In this document: in pieces, positions 16,067 to 19,359 of the stretch
Layout of the letters: each line of letters begins with the position of its first letter
Numbering within the stretch: the stretch's first letter is position 1
DNA from: Cyanobacteria bacterium P01_A01_bin.123
GTDB lineage: Bacteria > Cyanobacteriota > Cyanobacteriia > Phormidesmidales > Phormidesmidaceae
DNA: 19,359 bases
Direction: 5' to 3'
Assembly (NCBI GenBank): GCA_039815185.1
Contig: JBCBZT010000090.1
Span: 1-19,359, forward strand
Translations under genes and position numbers: made by a program
The notes under the pieces: generated by a model
What the model was told of the DNA's origin: nothing
Seen by the model: only the letters and a program-made list of their open reading frames with translations
The model's database searches: none

Positions 16067-16747
16067 ATGAGTAAGCAAACAATCTCAGAGAAACTGTTTG
16101 AAAGATTTTGTAAAGAAAATAAAATCCAATTATCTCGAATTGAAGTTTCTACAATTCCTGGGAAAAAGGAACCTGATTATGAGATAGCAACATCTTTGGG
16201 AACTGTATTGGTTGAAGTTAAGCAATTTGATCCAAATCCAGAAGAGCTTAGACTTCAAAAGCAATTGGAAGATAGAGGCTGGACAGATGCCTTTGGCAGA
16301 GAACCTGGTGCCAAGGTAAGGTTGAAGATTCAATCTGCAGCTAAACAGCTTAGGTCTCGTGGTGCTGGCTCTGTCCCCAGCATGGTCGTTTTATACAACA
16401 ACGTGCCGATTAGCAGAAGAGGAACAAATCCTTACGAAATTAAAACAGCAATGTATGGAATGGAAAAATTTGACTTGAGTATTGCTTCGAATACATCTGA
16501 AGTAAGTGTAAAAGATCGTGGTTTTGGCCCTAAACGAAAAATGACCCCAAGGAGCAACACATCCATTAGCGTAGTTGCGGCTCTTTACAGTGGGTTAGAA
16601 CAGCAATTATCCATTTCTGTCTTCCATAATGTCTACGCAACCATGCCATTAAGTATCGAATCTTTTCAAGGTGAAAAAATTAAGCATTATTCTATTGCTG
16701 ATAAGGTGCCAGGACAGTTTCAGGAATGGGAAGAAATAGGAGGCTAA
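16067..16747 (+). CDS. Hypothetical protein with PD-(D/E)XK nuclease-like motif, first cassette
   Basis: SEKLFE...EPDYEI...VLVEVK; AT-rich; the stop codon lies inside an R''-like GGCTAAT. Confidence 0.65.
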   Translation: MSKQTISEKLFERFCKENKIQLSRIEVSTIPGKKEPDYEIATSLGTVLVEVKQFDPNPEELRLQKQLEDRGWTDAFGREPGAKVRLKIQSAAKQLRSRGAGSVPSMVVLYNNVPISRRGTNPYEIKTAMYGMEKFDLSIASNTSEVSVKDRGFGPKRKMTPRSNTSISVVAALYSGLEQQLSISVFHNVYATMPLSIESFQGEKIKHYSIADKVPGQFQEWEEIGG

Positions 16748-16799
16748 TATACATAGCCCTTTGAAAACCTGTAAAATTGACTACAAGCAGGAGGTGAAA

Positions 16800-17027
16800 A
16801 TGAGCTTATCTATCATTGATCAAGTCATTGAGCAGTTAAGTAATATGCCGCAGTCCCTACAGCAGCAAGTTCTTCAATTTGCTCGTATGTTGGGCCAAGT
16901 TAGAATTCAAGGTACACCTGGTCACAAGCTGCTTAAGTTTTCTGGCTCTATCCAATCGGACGATCTAGCCCTGATGCGGAATGCTATTGAGGAAGGCTGC
17001 GAACAGGTAGACTTTGATGAGTGGTAG
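16800..17027 (+). CDS. Antitoxin of a VapBC-type pair
   Basis: 75 aa, GGAGG ribosome-binding site, acidic tail, overlaps the PIN gene. Confidence 0.8.
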   Translation: MSLSIIDQVIEQLSNMPQSLQQQVLQFARMLGQVRIQGTPGHKLLKFSGSIQSDDLALMRNAIEEGCEQVDFDEW

Positions 17028-17406
17028 CTATTTACTCGATACCAATATCATCATTGGTCTATTTGCTGGGCAAGCATCGATTATTAACCATCTTCAGAAA
17101 TCTGATGAAGTTTTTATCCCCAGCATTGCTCTTGGAGAGCTTCATTATGGTGCGCGGAAGTCTGGGCGAGTTCAGCAAAATCTAGAACGGATTGAAGAGT
17201 TTGTTGCGGATGTCATTATCATTGACTGCAATGCTGCTACAGCCCGACATTACGGTGACGTTAAAAATCGATTGAGAGTAAAAGGACGTCCACTACCTGA
17301 AAATGACATTTGGATTGCAGCCCTGGCTCTACAGTATGGTTTAGTTTTGGTTACTCGCGATGCACATTTTCAGCATGTAGAAGGTTTGCAAACAGTGCGA
17401 TGGTAA
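17017..17406 (+). CDS. vapC: VapC PIN-domain toxin
   Basis: YLLDTNII, ALGELHYGA, PENDIWIAA and LVTRDAHF. Confidence 0.92.
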   Translation: MSGSYLLDTNIIIGLFAGQASIINHLQKSDEVFIPSIALGELHYGARKSGRVQQNLERIEEFVADVIIIDCNAATARHYGDVKNRLRVKGRPLPENDIWIAALALQYGLVLVTRDAHFQHVEGLQTVRW

Positions 17407-17419
17407 TCCGCAGTCACCC

Positions 17420-17504
17420 AGTTAACACTGCGTTGCAACGGCGGGGGCATAAACAATAAATTAGCGTTCTAAGTTACTGCCGCCGCTGAACCGAAACGTT
17501 AGCT
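17420..17504 (+). mobile_element. attC site
   Basis: AGTTAAC; GTT[G]CAACGGCGG pairs with CCGCCGCTGAAC; GTTAGCT; 85 bp. Confidence 0.88.
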
Positions 17505-17520
17505 ATCAAAAAGTAGTAAA

Positions 17521-17946
17521 ATGAATGTCAGGTATACAACTTCAATTGAAAATATAAACTGGAAGGAGGTGTCCGATATATTCAAAGCTGTCGGATGGGG
17601 AGAAAGGCTTTCGGAACAAGTTAAACTTTCATTCGAAAGAAGCTCCTTTAAACGCTTTGCTTATATCAGTGATGAATTGGTTGGTGTAGGTAGAACAGTT
17701 GACGATGGATATTACTATGGATGGATAGTTGATTTGGCTGTGTTGCCCAAATATCAAAGGAATGGGATTGGCTCTAAAATCCTTGGTGAACTTGAAAACG
17801 ACCTCAAGCCTTTTCTCACTACGATGTTGACAGCCGCACCAGGGAAAAGCAGCTTTTATGAAAAACTAGGTTGGCATAAACAGCGCTCAGCCTATATATG
17901 GCCTCGCTCAGAAGAACAAATACGCTCATTCTCCGAATATGGCTAG
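17521..17946 (+). CDS. GNAT family N-acetyltransferase, gene cassette
   Basis: DLAVLPKYQRNGIGSKIL and FYEKLGW. Confidence 0.9.
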   Translation: MNVRYTTSIENINWKEVSDIFKAVGWGERLSEQVKLSFERSSFKRFAYISDELVGVGRTVDDGYYYGWIVDLAVLPKYQRNGIGSKILGELENDLKPFLTTMLTAAPGKSSFYEKLGWHKQRSAYIWPRSEEQIRSFSEYG

Positions 17947-18030
17947 CAAGAGCTTGCAACGGAACGGAAATATATACGATTGACATAAGGCAAACGTTAT
18001 TGTCGTCTGCTGAAGCCCAAACCGTTATCT
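17941..18030 (+). mobile_element. attC site (R'' variant GGCTAGC)
   Basis: The GNAT stop lies inside R''; GCTT[G]CAACGGA pairs imperfectly with TCTGCTGAAGC; R' GTTATCT; 90 bp. Confidence 0.75.
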
Positions 18031-18109
18031 TTCGCCATTTCTAGGTTGGAGCAGTGCAGTCACTTTCTCTGTGAGAAGTTCAGTATCAGGTAAGTGTTAA
18101 TCGTAATTT

Positions 18110-18826
18110 ATGAACTTCGACCAAGCTGATTTTGAAGTGCGTTGCGAGTGGGGCGAGAAAGGAATCTTGCAGCTAGCTCCTATCAGTGACGTGGTTATTA
18201 TTATTGATGTCCTGTCTTTCTCAACCTGCATCGACATTGCAAATAGTCGAGGAGCGATCGTTTTTCCTTGTCAATGGAAGGATGAATCTGTTCAAGTATT
18301 TGCACAATCTGTTGGTGCAGAGATCGCAGAAAAGCGTGGTGGTAGCCGTTATTCACTATCTCCAGCTTCACTACTTGATATTAATACTGGAACTCGCTTG
18401 GTGCTGCCTTCCCCTAATGGATCGGCTCTGAGCTTGGCAACAGAAGGAATCCCGACTTTAGCCGGATGTTTGAGGAATTGTCGATCTGTTGCTTTAGCCG
18501 CAATGGATTATGGACAGCGCATTGCTGTAATTCCAGCGGGAGAAAAGTGGCATGATGGTAGTCTTCGTCCTTCATTTGAGGATTTGATTGGCGCGGGTGC
18601 GGTGATGAGTCATCTTGAAGGTAGATTTTCGCCAGAAGCACAATTAGCGGTCGAAGCATATCGAGGTGTTCGATCATCACTAAAACATCTCATAAAGCAA
18701 TGTGGGTCTGGTCAAGAGTTGATTGAGCGAGGCTTTGAGCAAGATGTTGATTTGGCCTCAGAAATAGATGTGAGTGATTGCATTCCTAGGTTGTTTGATG
18801 GTGCTTACGTCAATTACGCAAGATAA
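18110..18826 (+). CDS. 2-phosphosulfolactate phosphatase (ComB) family protein, gene cassette
   Basis: IIDVLSFST, LPSPNGS, RPSFEDLIGAG and SGQELIERGFEQDV. Confidence 0.85.
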   Translation: MNFDQADFEVRCEWGEKGILQLAPISDVVIIIDVLSFSTCIDIANSRGAIVFPCQWKDESVQVFAQSVGAEIAEKRGGSRYSLSPASLLDINTGTRLVLPSPNGSALSLATEGIPTLAGCLRNCRSVALAAMDYGQRIAVIPAGEKWHDGSLRPSFEDLIGAGAVMSHLEGRFSPEAQLAVEAYRGVRSSLKHLIKQCGSGQELIERGFEQDVDLASEIDVSDCIPRLFDGAYVNYAR

Positions 18827-18906
18827 CAACCCAGATGGAGCGGACTTTCAAGATTGTCATACAATGGCGAAACGTGATTTACAGCCGCTCATCTGGAACG
18901 TTATCT
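18821..18906 (+). mobile_element. attC site
   Basis: AGATAAC contains the stop and is the exact complement of the cassette start GTTATCT at 18024. CCAGAT[G]GAGCGG pairs with CCGCTCATCTGG; R' GTTATCT; 86 bp. Confidence 0.92.
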
Positions 18907-18930
18907 GAATAGAAGAACGGAGCTGATAGG

Positions 18931-19356
18931 GTGGAAATTAGACAAGCAGAAGAGAAGCATATCACCGCCATCTGTTCTTTCGACCACCTTGCCCAAATAG
19001 TGGAACGAAGGAGATTCATTCAGAACTCAGTTCGGTCGGGAACCGCATCCGTTGCGGTTTTAGATGGCCAAGTTGTCGGATACGCTGTGCTTGAATACTC
19101 GTTCTTTGCGCAAGGCTTCATGGCCATGCTGTACATCCATCCAGAGCACAGGCGCAAAGGAATTGGATCTGAAATCGTTCGCTATGTCGAGTCCATTTGT
19201 AAAACCGAGAAGTTATTCACCTCGACGAACGAGTCCAATTTGCTTATGCAGGCTTTGATGGCAAAATTACGCTAAATCCCCAGTGGTATCATCAACAATC
19301 TTGATGAAGGCGATCCGGAGTTAGTGTATTTCAAGAGGTTGGACAAGAGCAGATAA
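18931..19356 (+). pseudogene. GNAT acetyltransferase cassette with in-frame premature stop at 19273-19275
   Basis: HPEHRRKGIG...KLFTSTNESN...KLR*IPSGIINNLDEGDPELVYFKRLDKSR*; the family-like tail continues in frame after TAA. Confidence 0.8.
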
Positions 19357-19359
19357 GCA

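Overview
This is a cyanobacterial-type mosaic region: I found 11 HIP1 GCGATCGC octamers, all in host-like DNA. It has three layers. (1) Integron DNA that the ORF track misses. A truncated integron-integrase pseudogene (15797-15558, minus strand) faces an attI-like site at 16019 and a cassette array (PD-(D/E)XK-like protein, VapBC, GNAT, ComB-like phosphatase, GNAT pseudogene) with three clear attC sites. A second, integrase-less platform (attI-like site at 4139) carries SDR, GFA and VOC cassettes. Further degenerate att-like elements lie around selO, a DMT transporter and an acetamidase. (2) A zinc-starvation island with two near-identical divergent Zur-type boxes. One side drives thrS2 - 63-aa protein - WD40 - DUF2396 - His-rich NicO/RcnA-type transporter; the other side drives two PEP-CTERM proteins. 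(3) Two toxin-antitoxin modules (FitAB/VapBC and MNT-HEPN), each bracketed by leftover, synonymously diverged 3' ends of the transporter gene, with junctions at HIP1 or HIP1-like sequence. Remnants of moaB and of a COG0523/CobW C-terminus mark other junctions. All family calls come from motif recognition by eye; no searches were run.
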